Shown here piece after piece: positions 26,073 to 38,600 of a stretch of DNA of 64,000 nt; the stretch's first letter is position 1; the number at the start of each line of letters is the position of its first letter. Origin of the DNA: Anolis carolinensis (Eukaryota); the NCBI RefSeq assembly GCF_035594765.1, contig NC_085842.1, positions 83,986,782-84,050,781 on the forward strand, given 5' to 3'. Both the position numbers and the translations under genes were made by a program. The notes under the pieces are model-generated. The model was not told the origin of the DNA. It saw only the letters and a list, made by a program, of their open reading frames with translations, and made no database searches.

Positions 26073-26384
26073 GTATCCTGGTCAAAGCCAAAGGTCTGAA
26101 AGCTGAACATTAAAGGTTTAGACAAAGGGCCAAGAAAGGGACAGTCAAGTGGAGCACCCTGTAAGGTTTTGTCAAACGTTGGGTCAACAGTTTTCTCCTA
26201 CAAATCAACAAGACAGAAAAATTGGACTCCCTGTCAAGGCCTGCTAAAAATCCCTTCAGTGGTACAAAAAGGAAGCAAAAGGATAACAAACAGAAGCACC
26301 AAGGAAATAGGCAACATAAGAAACTCATTAATTTGCACAGTCTGATGAATGGTTTGTTAACATAATTTCCAGTGTATTCAAATG

Positions 26385-29350
26385 TAGGGCCGGCCCTAAG
26401 TAATTTTCAAGTTTAAGCGAACAGAATTTTGGCACATCCCCCCCCCCCAAAAAAAACACCTATCATTGAAAAATAAAAGCGTTGGATAAGCGAAAATGTT
26501 GGATAATAAGGAGGGATTAAGGAAAAGCCTAAATAAAGAACAACACTCAAAAAACAGGGGAAATCCAGACAGGAAACAATCAGGGCCAGCTAACACCTCC
26601 CAGCTAAGGCTGCCCCCAAGGAAGAAGCAGCCAGGCTTTGAATCTGCAAGGCCATTAAATGCTAATCAAGCTGGCCAATTGCAACATTCACACTAGCCTC
26701 AAACAGACAAGAGTTCTTTCTCCCACCCTAGACTTTCTACAGATATATAAACCCCACTTACCTAGCTTCCAACAGACCTCAGAACCTCTGAGGATGCCTG
26801 TCATAGATGTGGGTAAAACGTCAAGAGAGAATGCCATGGCCAGGCAGCCCGGAGACCTAGCCTTGAGGGCAAAGGCCAGAACAGGCCGCGGCCGCAGGAA
26901 TACCTCTTACCTGCCGGGGCCTCTGGCAACCTGTCCTGAGGCAGGCGGTGGGACTGAGCGGTAAACCAGTGCTGGCCCCACCGAGGGGAGGAACAGTGAG
27001 ATGAGCAGCCACATGGCACATGCGCAGTGGTCGGAGAGGGTGCCCTGCCCATCTTGCTGTTTGGACCGCCTCTGGTGGATGGGAGAGATGGGCGGGGTGC
27101 CCTCTCTAACCACTGTGCATGCGCCATGCAGCTGCTTGGCCCCACGGGGCCAAAGAATACGGGGCCAAGCGGCTGCATGGTGCAAATGGCCACCCATCTC
27201 ACTGATCCTCCCCTCGGTGGGGCCAGAGTCGGTTTACCACTCGGTCCCATCGCCTGCCTCGAGATGGGTTGTCAGAGGCCCCGGCAAGTAAGAGGCATTC
27301 CTGCCTCCATGGCCTGGCCTGGCCTCCAACCAGGCCGCCCTGCTGCCCCTTTAAGGACAGGGAAGCGATCCTGGCCTGCACCTGAGGGCTGTTTCCTCCC
27401 CACCAAAGACACCTTCCCAAGGAGACTCCCAAGAAGGTCATGCCTGTGCGGAGGTGCTTCAACGGTTGCTGAAGGCACCATCCTCCAGCCTCAACTGCAT
27501 CCCATAGAGGATGGTACCTTCGGCAGCTGCCTAATTTGCCTTGCAGTTGAACCACATGTGGACAAGATCCTTGGAGAGGCGAGACAGATCACATGCATTC
27601 TGGACCCCTGCCCATCCTGGCTGGTGAGAAAAGCCAGAGGGGGATTGGCCGAGTGGGTGAAGGTGGTGGTGAATGCCTCCCTTCGGGAGGGCAAGTTTCC
27701 AGCGAGCCCTAAAATGGCTGTGATCAAGCCGCTGTTGAAAAAGCCATCACTGGATCCCACTCAATTTGGAAACTTTCGGCCTATTTCCAATCTCCCCTAC
27801 TTGGGCAAGGTCTTGGAACATGTGGTTGCCTTGCAGCTCCAGGGATTCTTGGATGACACTGATTTTCTCTATCCGGCACAGTCTGGCTTTAGGCATGGTA
27901 CCGAGACAGCCTTGGTCGCCTTAGTCAATGATCTGTGCCAGGAACTGGACAGGAGGAGTGTATCCCTGCTGGTTCTGCTGGACCTCTCAGCGGCCTTCAG
28001 TACCGTCGATCACGGTATCCTTCTGGGATGTCTTGCTGGGATGGGGCTTGGGGGTACTGTTTTGCAGTGGCTCCGGTCCTTCCTGGAGGATCGGTCCCAG
28101 ATGGTGTCATTGGGGGACACCTGTTCGGCCCCACAACTGTTGACTTGTGGGGTCCTGCAGGGCTCTGTATTGTCCCCCATGTTGTTTAACATGAAGTCAC
28201 TGGGAGAGATCATCCGGAGTTTTGGGGTCCAGTGTCATCTGTACGCAGATGATGTCCAGCTCTGTCATTCCTTTCCACCTGTCACTAAGGTCCTGAACCG
28301 GTGCTTGGCTGCTGTGTTGGACTGGATGAGGGCCAACAAATTGAAATTGAATCCAGACAAGACAGAGGTCCTCCTGGTCAGTCGGAAGGCCGATCAGGAT
28401 ATAGGGTTACAGCCTGTGCTGGATGGGGTCACACTCCCCCGAAGGCGCAGGTGCGCAGTCTGGGGGTGATCCTAGACTCATAGTTGAGCCTGTAGCCCCA
28501 GGTCTCAGCGGTGGCTAGGGGAGCCTTTGCACAGTTAAAACTTGTGCGCCAGCTGCGACCGTACCTTGGGAAGCCGGACTTGGCCACAGTGGTCCACGCT
28601 CTTGTTACATCCCGATTAGATTACTGCAATGCACTCTACGTGGGGCTGCCTTTGAAGACTGTTTGGAAGCTCCAACTAGTCCAACGGGAGGCAGCCAGGC
28701 TGTTAACTGGAGCAACGTACAGGGAGCGTACTACCCCTCTGTTACATCAGCTCCACTGGCTGCCGATCAGCTACCGAGCACAATTCAAAGTGCTGGCTTT
28801 AGCCTATAAAGCGTCAAACGATTCCGGCCCAGCTTACCTGCGAACGTGTCTCCCGCTATGACCCATCATGGAATCTAAGATCTTCCAGGGAGGCCCTGCT
28901 CTTGGTCCCGCCAGCCTCACAGGTGTGGCTGGCGGGGACGAGGGACAGTGCCTTCTCAGTGGTGGCCCCCCCGCCTATGAAAGGCCCTCCCAAATGAAAT
29001 TAGACAGGCTCCCTCCCTCCTGTCTTTCCGAAAGAGAACAAAAATGTGGTTATGGGACCAGGCATTTGAGCATGAGTAGCAGCAAAAATGAGATTTGAAT
29101 ATATTACCTACTGACAGACCCCACCTGGACATGGAAAGCACCTTAATTGTATATTTGAATACATAATTATGTATATTTTTTAATGTATACTCTTAATTTT
29201 ATTGTAATTTTTAATCTCGATGGATTTTAAAATCTGATGTAAACCGTTTTTAGATGTGTATGTTTATATTGTAAGCCGCACTGAGTCCCCTGATGTGTGA
29301 GAAGGGCGGGGTAGAAGTGATGTAATAAATAAATAAAATAACTGCCCCTG
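26385..29350. mobile_element. Composite hAT-bounded insertion containing MITE and Penelope fragments, a GC-rich hairpin and an L2
   Basis: Starts TAGGGCCGGCCC and ends ACTGCCCCTG; 8-bp TSD TTCAAATG at 26377-26384 and 29351-29358; its left end matches the right end of the element at 54957-56730. Confidence 0.75.
27530..29340 (+). mobile_element. L2 LINE, 5'-truncated/deleted ORF2 (RT)
   Basis: LDPCPSWL, NFRPISNLPYLGK, QSGFR, LLDLSAAF, QGSVLSP, YADD, LKLNPDKTE, SRLDYCN, LHWLPI; L2 tail with (TAAA)n. Confidence 0.93.
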
Positions 29351-29445
29351 TTCAAATGGGCAGTACAGGTCTCTGCCCAGTAATCTTGGATGTATAATTA
29401 AAATCCCGCGAAGCTCCTTGTACAAAAACCAGAGGTTCAGGAGAT

Positions 29446-30346
29446 ATGTTTTGTCCCAATATTATTGCTTTTTTGGTAGCTACAACTGTTTTGGGCATCA
29501 GCGGGCTCATCGCTAATGGATTTATTGTTATGGTGATGATCACTCAGTGGATTAAATATAGGAGACTTGCATCCAGTGATGCATCCATCCTTCTAAGCCT
29601 GGGCCTGTCCAATTTGTGGGTGACAATTGCCCTTGCTCTGTTCCACTTCAGTTTATCACCTGCATCTGATTTGAATTCATTAAATTTCCAAGTATCGTAC
29701 CCCCCTTTTCTTTTGTATTACTTTCAGATATTGTCTCACTGCTTTGCTATGTTTCTTCTACTGCATTAAGATTGTGAACAGTTCTCATGCTTTCTTCCTT
29801 TGGTGCAAATTGAGGATATCATGTCTGATACCCCGGCTTCTTGTGGGATCTTTGATCATCTCCTTGTTTGCTTTCATTGTGAGATTAAGGACCATGCATA
29901 CACCACTTCAAGGAAGACCAGAAGCCAATACTACAACAGTGACCCAGAGAAAGTCGCTGAAAGACATTTTCACAAAATTTGATGTGTTCTTTTCAACCCT
30001 TGGATCTGGTTGTCTTTTCCTTGTTGTGTTACTATGCATCATTTTAGTTGTTGCCTCATTCTGTGGGCATGTCTGCCAAATAACAAGTACAGAATCCCAT
30101 CTCAGGAGTTTCCAGACAAAAGCTCATATCCAGGCAGCTCGGACAGTGCTCTCTCTGCTATTACTTTTAAAAAATTTTTTTGTAGCACACACTGTTGCTA
30201 TGACTGTACGTATAGGATTCAATGAAGAATTATTTATTTCAGCAGTTCTGATGATATACTCTCCGGCTCAGGCTGTCATTCTCACGTTGAACAACCCAAA
30301 ATTAAAGCAGGCATTAGCTGTGATGGTTCAAAGAAAGCAGTCTTAA
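29446..30346 (+). pseudogene. TAS2R: TAS2R pseudogene (frameshift near 29700-29745)
   Basis: Two overlapping ORFs (29446-29769 and 29744-30346) together match the 32048 and 44705 genes. Confidence 0.9.
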
Positions 30347-31010
30347 TATGTGAAGACCAAAGTTGATGCAATGGTTCCTCTTCCCTCATCGTTTGTTTTA
30401 TGTGGCACACATTTGGCCTCAGACCATGGATATAGCTGGAAATTAAGTATTCTTGGTTTCTACAGTGCATATGGTATATTTGCCAGCTTTGCCTGCCATC
30501 AAGCTTTCTGATAAAACTCCAAAATAAAACATGCATTTTTCCATATACTTCAGCAAGAAAAGCTTTAATGTCTTGAGGAGTAAACATGATGTGGATTTTC
30601 CCATTTATAAACTAAGTCTATTTGTAGTTTTTGTCTATGTGTCTTTTTCCCCCCAAACATTTCAAAGGTTTTTTAAGTGAGGTGTCAGAAATTCAGTCTT
30701 TGTTTTGATATGACTTATTTTATACATTTATAACATTCTATTCATTTTATAAACTTACAAAAACAACAAAAGTTGACACTGGAAGCTCAGCTGCACTGGA
30801 TATAATGAAGAGAGCGTTGCTATTTCATGACTGCATTATGTCTCTTTTGCCCCTGATATTGATATAATGCTTGCTTTGGTGTAAAATTTTTTGAATCAGA
30901 ATATAATTGGAACAAAGTATAAGATTACCATTTAATTTTTCTAAGAAATAAATTATTAGGGTTGTTGTGTGTTTTCTGGGCTGTATGGCCATGTTCCAGA
31001 AGCATTCTCT

Positions 31011-31051
31011 CCTGACGTTTCGCCCACATCTATGGCAGGCATCCTCAGAGG
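31011..31051 (-). ncRNA. Minimal type-I hammerhead ribozyme motif in a Penelope-like repeat fragment (~30955-31060)
   Basis: Minus strand reads CCU-CUGAGGA-U-GCCUGC(cauagau)GUGGGC-GAAAC-GUC-AGG. Confidence 0.65.
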
Positions 31052-31901
31052 TTGTGAGATATAGTCGCTATGTATTTTATGAATGTTATTTTACTGTTAT
31101 TGTTTTAATTATATATGCTGTCATCGTATTGTTTTATCTGTTGATCAGGCTTGGTCCCCATGGGAACTGCTCTGAGTCTCTTCAGGGAGATGGAAGTCGG
31201 TTATAAATAAAGTTTATTATTATTATTTGTATTATTATTACTATAATTATCATCAAATGTTGATGAGTTCTTTATTTTGTCTTGACATGCTTGAGTTTTA
31301 AAAATCATAGCTAGCTGGCACGTAGGAGAATAAGTCAGTGATAAGAGGAGTAGGCTCAGGTCATCACAGGAGATCCCTACCAGGCCAATGAGAATTATTT
31401 TGGGGGATGCTAGGATATTTGGAGAGTTGGTGTGTGTCATAAGGAGTTCAAGTGTCACATTGGCCCACATTCAAGGGTGCTTTGTAGTCTATGGTCTACA
31501 CAATTCGTAACCTGATTACAGATGTAGACAAGAGGTCATGACAGGAACTGTTGAGTAATGCACCTGGAAAGGATTTCAACAAAAGTTCGGTCAATACCTT
31601 TCTCATACAAATCAACGCAAGACAGAAAATGTGGACTGCTCTGCAAAGGCTTGTGTAATGATTCTTCCTTGTCTTGTCTTTGGGTTTTCATCTTTTAACA
31701 ATTGTATTTTCACACTCCTGCAACGGCTTACCTTTAGAGGCAGGGAAATGAGCCATTTCTATCAAACGTCTTTTGCCCACATAGTCAACAAAACAGTGCA
31801 GTTTTCCTCTGATACAAAAATCAAGCTGAGGGACAGGCAGTTCAATGTAGTCTGCAACAAACAAAAGCACTAAGGAAGCAGGCAACATGAGAAACTCATT
31901 C

Positions 31902-31909
31902 ATTTGCAT
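31902..31909 (+). promoter_or_regulatory. POU octamer 146 bp upstream of the TAS2R at 32048
   Basis: ATTTGCAT(AGT), positionally conserved across paralogues. Confidence 0.6.
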
Positions 31910-32047
31910 AGTTTGATGATATTTCCAGTGCACTAAAATGGACAGCACAGGTCTGCTTCCAGCATTTTCTACTTCTGCTCAGCAATATTTATTTTCTAAA
32001 TAAAATGATTAACTGCTTCCTGTGCAAGAATCAGAAGTTCAAGAGAT

Positions 32048-32941
32048 ATGTCTTCTCCCAAGACTATTGCCTTATTGGTAACTGAAGCTGTCTTGGACAT
32101 CAGTGGGCTCATCTGTAATGGCTTTATCGTTATTGTGATCATTCAGTGGACTAAATGCAGGACCCTTGCATCCATTGAACAGCTTCTTCTAAGCCTGGCT
32201 CTGTCCAATGGGTGCGTGACAATTGTCATTGGTGTATTCCACTTTGGTTTTGCATCTGAAGATAATTTCAGTTCTTTAATTTTTGAGATATGGTACTCCT
32301 TTTTTTTCTTTGCTGTGATATTCAGATATTGGCTCACTGCACTGCTATGTTTTTTCTACTGCATCAAGATTGTGAGCAGTACCCACACTTTCTTCCTTTG
32401 GTGCAAACTGAGGATGTCATGGCTAATACCCCGACTTCTGGTGGGATCTGTTATTATCGCTTTGTTAGCTTTCATTGTGTCATTAAGTACTATGCATATA
32501 TCACCGCAAGAAAGCCCAGTGGCCAATGATACAATGCTTACCCGAGGAAAATTACTGAAAGAAACCATCACAAGTTTTGATATGTTCTTTTCAGCTGTTG
32601 GATCTGGTTGTCCTTTTCTTGTGGTTTTATTGTGTTCCATTTTAGTTGTTGCCTCACTCTGTGGGCACATCTGTCAAATGTCGGGTAAAGAACCCCATCT
32701 CAGGAGTTTTCAGACAAAAGCTCATATCAAGGCAGCTGGGACAGTGCTATCTCTGCTATTGCTTTATCTTTTATTTTTTATTGTACAGACTTTTTCTATG
32801 ACTGAAAATATAGAATACAGTGAAGAATTTATTTTGGCAGTGATGGCTGTATATTCTCCAGCTCAAGCTGCCATTCTGGTGTTGAATAACCCCAAATTAA
32901 AGAAAGGATTATCCTTGATGGTTCAAAGAATCAAGCTTTAA
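32048..32941 (+). CDS. TAS2R: Bitter taste receptor type 2 (intact, 297 aa)
   Basis: GLICNGFI, EQLLLSLALSN, FFYCIKIV, SLCGH, QTKAHIKA, YSPAQAAILVLNNPKL. Confidence 0.92.
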   Translation: MSSPKTIALLVTEAVLDISGLICNGFIVIVIIQWTKCRTLASIEQLLLSLALSNGCVTIVIGVFHFGFASEDNFSSLIFEIWYSFFFFAVIFRYWLTALLCFFYCIKIVSSTHTFFLWCKLRMSWLIPRLLVGSVIIALLAFIVSLSTMHISPQESPVANDTMLTRGKLLKETITSFDMFFSAVGSGCPFLVVLLCSILVVASLCGHICQMSGKEPHLRSFQTKAHIKAAGTVLSLLLLYLLFFIVQTFSMTENIEYSEEFILAVMAVYSPAQAAILVLNNPKLKKGLSLMVQRIKL

Positions 32942-34665
32942 TATGTGAGAACTAAAGCTAATACTGTAATTCTTCTTTCTTTATTTTTTGTTTTATGTGC
33001 ATATTATCTAGTCTTGGACAATGGATATAAGCAGAGATGAACCATCTGTGATGATGCTGGACTCCCCAGTTCCATCTTCTGTCTTTCTTCTGATAAGCTC
33101 CAAAATGAAACAGACATTTACCCATATGTTTCAAAAAGCAAACCCTTAACATCTTGAAGGTTATACTTGATGTGGGTTTTCTTTGGGCAGTTATACACTA
33201 TGGTATTCCAGTAAAATAAAAGCAGGAGAATAGGAATTCAAAAGACAACCGAGTTAGTGAAAGATTTCTAGAAAGGCTGACCAAATGTCATATGTAAGTC
33301 TTTTTCTAGGTTTTACCTTTATATCATTCTCTCAAACTTTGCATTTAAAAAACAACAGGTATTCATATGATTCATTTGGACATGATTCATTTAATAAATT
33401 AATGACTTTGGAGAAATTGTACAAACTTAAAACGAGTTGACATAAGAAGAACTGGATTTGGTATCACGAAAAGAGCTTTGCTACCCCTGTGATCATGACT
33501 GGATTTTACATCTCTTTTACACTTGATATTGATGTGATTCTTCCTTTGTTGCAAAAAGTAAGCTTTCCTAATAGAAGACATGCAGATGTGGGTACAAAGA
33601 TTAAACACCTCTTTCTTCATTCTAGATACCAATGCAGTCTAGGTGTCTCTGCTTGAAATACTTATTTTTCAAATTATTCAAAATTAAGGATGTCAGAGAA
33701 AATGTAGGAAAAATAACTTATCTACTTTGAAAAATCACATTTTCTGACTTCAGGTGTGACTAAGGACTGATGTTCTCTTTCACTTTGGCTTGGTATGAGA
33801 GGGAAACCAAACGACAGAGGGAAGCTGGTTGTGGGGCTCCACAACCAGCTGGTAGAAGACTCTCTCTATAGAGGTTCTGAAGATTATTCACATGAGCCGG
33901 TATTTCTCTTAGTGTTCTGTGAATCCATATGGGAGTAGTGGTCACAGAAAAGATAATATCTCAAGGTCAGCCAACTTTATACTTTCTTCAGAATTTGCCC
34001 TAGCTTTCAAGCTGGATAAATTTCAAGAAAAGTATCCTTCCATTAGGATAATCAACTAAAAAAAGAGTGAAGATTGGGAACATCCTCAATTTAAAGGCAA
34101 ATATATTTATTTCTCAAATTAACTCTGTCTATATATGACCAGAAGATTTAAGATCAAGCTTTCTAGGTGGTTATCACCTCCCCCTTGCATCCTTTCTTTG
34201 GAGTTCAGAAATGAGGCTGTTCTTTCTTTGGTTGTTGGAGGAGGGGAAGACTGAACCATGAGTTAAAAAACACTTTAGAGAGAATTATTTCTTGACAACC
34301 ACAATACTAAGATAAAGGTGAAGAGCCATAAAGATTGTAAATTGACAAGAATTAAAATGAGTGAAAGAGAGAAAAAATAGTTCATTTTCCAAGAAGAAGT
34401 AAGCCAATTTCAACCAGTGAATAAATTGCAATCTTTGCTGATGGAAAGTAAAGTTGTATTCTCTTCTCTTTTGTTCTTATTTAGCTCTTTATAAAAAACA
34501 CAGAAAAAATATTGAAAATTCAGATTATGTCATTGTTATTGCAGATCAAGGAAAACCTAACTCAAATGGCAACCAGATTCAAACAAGACATAATAGAAAA
34601 ATAGAATCCAAGCAAATTTTAGGAGTCGCATCAGATTGCTCAAAGAAAACAACTAATGCAAAAGG

Positions 34666-35641
34666 TGTCGCGACCCAGGCTACAGAGCACCAATAACCAT
34701 ACGCAGAGGCCAGATTCTATCTAATATCTTTATTAAGGAAATATATAAAGTTAATAAAAGCAAATGTAAAAGTTAGTCCAGAAGCAGACCTTTCAGGAAA
34801 GGTCAAAATTAGTCCAAAGAAACAATGTCCAATATGAAATATTAAGGTCCAAAGTTGTAATCCAATAACCGAAACACTCACTTTGCCAGGCAAAGTGAGG
34901 GGAGATGACAAGGTCCTTTAGTCCATGAACTTGAGCAAGGCTAGGAATTAACTTGATACTTGAAAACAAGGCTTGAATCGTGACACAAGGTAACAAGGAA
35001 CAAGAACAAGATCCGTGGAATTACTTGGTAAAATCCGTGAAACAAGGCAAGGCTTAGTCCTGAAAGGCGAGGCAAGGTCCGTAGGTAAACAAGGCTGGGA
35101 AACAGGAGCGAAGGCTTGAAAACAAGAACAAGGCTTGAACAGGAACGAGGCTTGGATCGGAGCGCGCTGTCCAGACACAACTCGCTCCGGAGGCTGACGA
35201 ATTGACTCCGCAAAGTTACTCCGCGGGTAAAACACCTATATAGAGTCTAACTTTCCCGCCGAGAGCAGTTCTCTGGGAACCAGAAACGAAAGCTAATCTC
35301 TGAGACCAGATGTTTGACTCCTTAAAGATTCTCATGGAAAGCAGACTTAATTGGCTAAATTCTTAGCAATTATTCTAGCACTCCTGCGCGAGGCTGCTTC
35401 CAAACCTCTCTGTTGTTTACAAAACTCATGGCGAGAAAACACAGGAGATGTAGCCTCAGTGTTTGTTTGACATACTTCTGGAACATAACCCTCTTGCAGG
35501 TGCAAGGTTCCCAGATCTGGCTGGGAAGAATCTGTCTGGGAAGAATCCAGTTCTGACTGGGAAGGTAAAAAACCCAAGTTTTCTTCTTCATCAGGCATCA
35601 CAATGTCATGAGCAGGACTACAAGGCCCATGGGTCATCACA
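34666..35641 (-). repeat. 3' LTR
   Basis: Apparently identical to 40122-41097; the LTR-internal ORF translations in the track match at an offset of 5456. Confidence 0.95.
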
Positions 35642-38600
35642 CTATCCCCCTCCTCAAGCCCCCTCCCAAACTGGGACTCTCTCCCCGAGGCGCGAGGTCG
35701 TGGCTTGGCGGGATAGGTCTGATGAAAGCGACGGGTTAGATCAGGAGCATGGACTGTGGAGGCGTCTTCCCAAGAGCGTTCCTCAGGGCCAAAGCCCACC
35801 CAGTCAATGAGATATTGCAGGCGGCGGCGGTGAAAGCGAGAATCCAAAATGTCCTGAACCTCGAACTCGTCCTCCCCATCCACCAAAATAGGGACGGGGG
35901 CCGGCCGGTCTACATCTGGCCGCACACCATCCGCCGGAAGGAGCAGGGAGCGGTGAAACACTGGGTGAATGCGCATTGAACGCGGAAGTTGGAGTTTGAA
36001 AGTCACGGGGTTTAATTGCGCCACCACTGGATAGGGACCAATGAAACGGGCATCTAACTTCCGGCAAGGGCGATGGGAGGGCAAAAAGCGAGTGGACAGA
36101 AAAACCCGATCTCCTACCTTGATTTCGGGGCCCGGCTGGCGATGTTTGTCCGCGTGACGTTTATAGTCCTCCTTGGCTTGTTCCAGTTGCTGGAGCAAAA
36201 GTTGTTGCACCGCTGTGAGTTCCTGCAGCCAATCCTCTGCTGCGGGGATTTCTGAAGTTTCAATGACAGGGGGAAAGAAACGTGGATGGAAGCCGTAGTT
36301 TGCAAAGAACGGCGTTTCTTTTGTAGAAGCCTGGACTCCATTGTTGTAGGCAAACTCCGACAGTGGTAACAGAGAAGCCCAATTGTCCTGTTGGTAGTTT
36401 ACATAACAGCGAAGGTACTGTTCCAAAGTGGCATTGGTGCGCTCCGTTTGCCCATCCGTTTGAGGATGATGAGCTGAAGATAAACGAGAGTCTATGCCCA
36501 ATAGTTTTTGTAGTGCCTTCCAGAAACGAGAGGTGAATTGGGATCCACGGTCTGTGACCAAACTCTTGGGCAATCCATGTAGTCTGAAAACATGTTGGAG
36601 GAATAAATCTGCAGTCTCTTGGGCCGTGGGAAGGCCTTCACAGGGAATGAAATGGGCTAATTTGGTGAAAAGGTCCACCACCACTAGGATCGTGGTGAAT
36701 CCACAGGAAGGTGGTAAGTCAGTGATAAAATCCGCAGAAATTATTTCCCATGGGCGAGATGGGGTAGGAAGGGGGTGTAGAAGCCCTGAGGGCTTCTCCC
36801 TTCTTATCTTGGAGCGCTGGCATACTGGGCAGGTGTTGACATATTTTTCCACATCTTTGCGGATCTTGGGCCACCAGAAATCTCTTAGGATCAAATGCAT
36901 GGTTTTAAATAGTCCGAAATGCCCTGCTGGTTTGCAGTCATGACACAGACGTAGTGCTTTTTCCCTGCCCGGTCCGGGTGGGATATAAACATGATTTCTA
37001 TAGCAAAGCAGTCCATCTTTAAGCGAAAAGGGAAAATGCAGACCTTGACGAAGTTGGTCCTGCGCCCAGGCATCTGCTTGCTGACTAGCCCTGATTTCTT
37101 GAGCACAGATGGGTCCTGGAGTAGAGGGAGTTGAATCAATGGGAGTGGATTTGGTGTTCCCCACTGTGAGCGTGGCAAAGTTCTCGGGTTGTAGTAGTTG
37201 GGATTCAAAGGTCTCCTTGCGTCCTGCAGCGTATTCCGGTTTACGTGACAGGGCGTCTGCTTGCTTGGTTTGGGCTGGGGTCACATAATGAATCTGGAAG
37301 TTGAAACGTTCAAAGAATAAAGCCCAACGTTGCTGCCTCTGATTTAGCTTACGGGCAGTTCTTAGATGTTCTAGATTCCGATGATCAGTGTGGACTTCAA
37401 TGGGAAATTTGGCCCCTTCTAGCCAATGTCTCCAAGTTTCAAAAGCTGCCTTTATGGCTAATAGTTCTTTTTCCCAAATGGTATAGTTCCTCTCTGGTGC
37501 GGTTAGTTGACGAGAATAATAGGCACAAGGATGAAGGTGATCTCCCACCGGTTGTAGGAGCACAGCCCCAATTGCCACATCAGAGGCGTCCGCTTGCACC
37601 ACAAAAAGGGTTTCAGGATCTGGATGCTGAAGGATTGGCTGGGATGTGAATAATTTCTTTAGTTGCTGGAACCCTTTCTCTGCTTGATCAGTCCAGCGGA
37701 AGGGCTGTTTCCCACGGATGCAGCTGGTGATTGGGTCAGACCAGCGGGCAAAATCTGGAATGAACTTGCGGTAATAGTTCGCGAACCCCAAGAATCGCTG
37801 CACCTCTTTCTTGTTGGTTGGCGCCCGCCATTCCAATACTGCTGAAACTTTTGCCGGGTCCATGGAGAGCCCTAGAGGCGAGATGCGGTACCCCAGGAAA
37901 TCTACCTCTTGTAGATCAAAAGCGCATTTTTCCAGCTTGGCATAAAGTCCATGATCCCGCAATCGTTGTAACACCATTTTAACGTGGTTCTCATGTTCTG
38001 ATTGTGATCTAGAAAACACCAAAAAATCGTCCAGGTAGATGATCAAGAACCGATCTAGATAGTCCTGAAAAATGTCATTGACAAAATGCTGGAACGTTGC
38101 GGGAGCTCCGCATAAACCATAATTCATAACTCGGGACTCGAATAATCCGAATTTAGTCTGGAAGGCGGTCTTCCACTCGTCCCCTTCTCTGATGCGAACT
38201 AGATTATAAGCCCCCCGTAGGTCCAGCTTGGTGTAGACCTTGGCTCCTCGAAGTCGGTCTAGTAGATCCGAGATTAAGGGCAGGGGATAGCTGTTCCGCT
38301 TAGTGATATTGTTCAATGCTCTGTAGTCCACCACCAAGCGTAATTCCCCTGACTTCTTCTTCACAAACATCACTGGGGAGGCGGCTGGGGATTGAGAGGG
38401 TCTGATGAATCCCTTGCGAAGGTTTGTCTCTATGAATTCCCTGAGAGCTTCTTGCTCTGGTTCAGTCAGGGAGTAGAGATGCCCTCGCGGGATCGGGGCC
38501 CCCTCCACCAAGTCAATGGCACAGTCATAAGGTCTATGTGGGGGTAATTTTTCGGCTTCTTTTTCATTGAATACATCCCAATACTCGGAGTACTTCTTTG

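Noticed and set aside
27027-27530. Novel N-terminal domain on the 480-aa L2 ORF
   Set aside because: Chance read-through of a GC-rich inverted repeat; recognisable L2 RT homology starts near 27550.
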